The notes under the pieces were generated by a model, which searched no databases, was not told the DNA's origin, and saw only the letters and a list, made by a program, of their open reading frames with translations. From Flavobacteriales bacterium (lineage in GTDB: Bacteria; Bacteroidota; Bacteroidia; Flavobacteriales; Flavobacteriaceae): DNA of 28,018 nucleotides. The translations under genes and the position numbers were made by a program. The stretch covers positions 1 to 28,018 of the forward strand of contig JALVLX010000153.1 in NCBI GenBank assembly GCA_027032855.1. The letters run 5' to 3'. Shown here in pieces: positions 26,460 to 28,018 of this stretch; within the stretch, counting starts at the first letter, position 1, and the number at the start of each line of letters is the position of its first letter.

Positions 26460-28016
26460 TTATCTATCCAAATACCCCTCAAAAAATATCTTTTGCTTAG
26501 CAGGTAATTTTTCCAGTTCCATTTTTATTAAATCCCTGTAGGCCGGGTCGTGATATAGGCTTTTGATATATTTTCTTGCAGGTTGGTGCAGGCGCCAGTT
26601 AAAATGAAAGGAAGCATCAAGCAGGTTATCGATAAAGTCAGCATTTATCAAACGCATTTGTATAATCATTTCAAAACTTTTTAAGCGAATTAACATATTG
26701 TAGCGGGGTGAACTGTAGGCGATTAATTCTTTTATAAAATCATGTTTTTTAGCCGGTTTGTAGTTATCCGTCAGTAGCGCCAATGAAAGCCAAACAGTTC
26801 GAAGGGTTTTATCGTTTCCTCCGGTTACATTTTGCATTTTGTCAAGAATTTCTTCCCGTTCGTCATGAAATTGTATCCAGTAATGCCACAATGCACTTTG
26901 CTTGGTCAAATACGAAGCATCATCAAGCAAAAATTTGTAATCATTTTTTATTGCCACCGGTATCATATCCAATTCTATAGCGATTTGTTGACGGGTTTTC
27001 AGGTCTTTTTTAAACAATTCGGAAAGCATTTGCAAATGTGTTTCGTTTTTCAAATCCGCTTTGATTTGTTTGATGATTTCGTTGTAAATGGGAAAATACT
27101 CTTTGCGATTGATAAGTTGTTGAAAAACAACGTCTTTATCTTCATCTTTCCAATTTCTTATTTGGATTAAACCTCGGTAACGATCTATAAAATCAGGTGC
27201 TAGCAATATCTGATTCTTAAGCCAATCATCAGGCTTGGAAAAATGAATGTCATATAATTTTTTGTTGCCGGGGTTGGCAATTACTGTTTTGATTGAAGCA
27301 TTACCGGGCAATTTAAAACTTGACATTTTTTGCAAACGAAATTGTTTGTTATCAGTTATTATCAAAAAATCAAGCGGTAAATTATGAGAATTTTCATTAA
27401 ACACAATACTATCGTTGCGTTGTGTTAAGTCAAATTTCGGAATGCGATAATCTTCAAGCCAGATATTGAAAAATTGTGTCAAACTGTCACCGCTGATTTC
27501 ATAGACTAACTTTTTAAAGTCTGAAGTGCCGGCATTCTTGAAGGCAAAGCGTTTAAAATAGGCTTTGATGAGTTTACGATAGTTTTCTTCGCCGAGTTCT
27601 TGTCTGAGCATCTCTACAATTTTTGCTCCTTTTCTGTAGTATGTCAAGCTGCTGGCATTAGGGCGGTGTAGGGGAATGGTGTCATCTTTTTGTGATGCAA
27701 TTATTTGACTATCAAATAAATATGTCTTATAAGCCGTGTAATCTTTTCCGAAAAAACGACTGTCTATCAAACGTGCATAGTAAGTAGCAAAGGCTTCGTG
27801 TAGCCAGTGGTCTTTGTTCAGTTTACCGGTTACCAAATCGCCAAACCATTGGTGAACAAATTCATGCGCACTGACATTGATAAAGTTGATTTCGTTAAAA
27901 TTCAAGCTGTCAATGACATAGCGGTCACCGTTAAAACTCGTAGCAGAGACGTTTTCCATTCCGCCATACAAAAAATCCCTGCAGGGAATTTGCTTGTAAT
28001 TCAACCAAGGATATGC
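26460..28016 (-). CDS. M1 family zinc aminopeptidase, 5'-partial (frame open to the window edge)
   Basis: AYPWLNYKQIP, GGMEN, HEFVHQWFGDLVT-x-WLHEAFATY (HExxH-x18-E), YRKGA, HEAT-like C-terminal region. Confidence 0.95.
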   Translation of the reverse strand, partial: AYPWLNYKQIPCRDFLYGGMENVSATSFNGDRYVIDSLNFNEINFINVSAHEFVHQWFGDLVTGKLNKDHWLHEAFATYYARLIDSRFFGKDYTAYKTYLFDSQIIASQKDDTIPLHRPNASSLTYYRKGAKIVEMLRQELGEENYRKLIKAYFKRFAFKNAGTSDFKKLVYEISGDSLTQFFNIWLEDYRIPKFDLTQRNDSIVFNENSHNLPLDFLIITDNKQFRLQKMSSFKLPGNASIKTVIANPGNKKLYDIHFSKPDDWLKNQILLAPDFIDRYRGLIQIRNWKDEDKDVVFQQLINRKEYFPIYNEIIKQIKADLKNETHLQMLSELFKKDLKTRQQIAIELDMIPVAIKNDYKFLLDDASYLTKQSALWHYWIQFHDEREEILDKMQNVTGGNDKTLRTVWLSLALLTDNYKPAKKHDFIKELIAYSSPRYNMLIRLKSFEMIIQMRLINADFIDNLLDASFHFNWRLHQPARKYIKSLYHDPAYRDLIKMELEKLPAKQKIFFEGYLDR

Positions 28017-28018
28017 CA

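Noticed and set aside
1211-27170. Numerous short antisense or nested ORFs in the supplied track
   Set aside because: All lie within long, motif-supported genes and show no recognisable protein features.

Overview
AT-rich bacterial DNA, most likely Bacteroidota (TAnnTTTG -7 promoter boxes, a Bacteroidetes-type LptF/G C-terminus, nSTAND1 and WG-repeat proteins). Two conserved-looking genes bound the window: the 3' end of an LptF/LptG permease on the left and a partial M1 aminopeptidase on the minus strand at the right. Between them lie two accessory gene clusters, both on the + strand. Cluster A (692-10367) encodes a protein with a HEPN-like Rx5H motif, a membrane-anchored nSTAND1-type NTPase, two tandem paralogous secreted WG-LRR-TPR proteins with near-identical ends but different LRR arrays, and a two-TM CorA-like protein lacking GMN. 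A perfect 20-bp direct repeat (482-501 and 10459-10478) brackets it. It looks like a trans-envelope sensing or conflict/defence module. Cluster B (10593-24064, possibly to 26450) encodes a vWA-like membrane protein, a divergent actin/Hsp70-fold ATPase, a membrane coiled-coil protein, a 1864-aa SEDS glycosyltransferase-class B PBP transpeptidase fusion retaining SxxK/SxN/KTG, and a small bitopic protein. An SLT-type lytic transglycosylase and a NagZ-type GH3 lipoprotein follow. It looks like a self-contained accessory peptidoglycan synthesis and remodelling machine. All family calls come from motif recognition by eye and no database search was run, so novelty is unverified.
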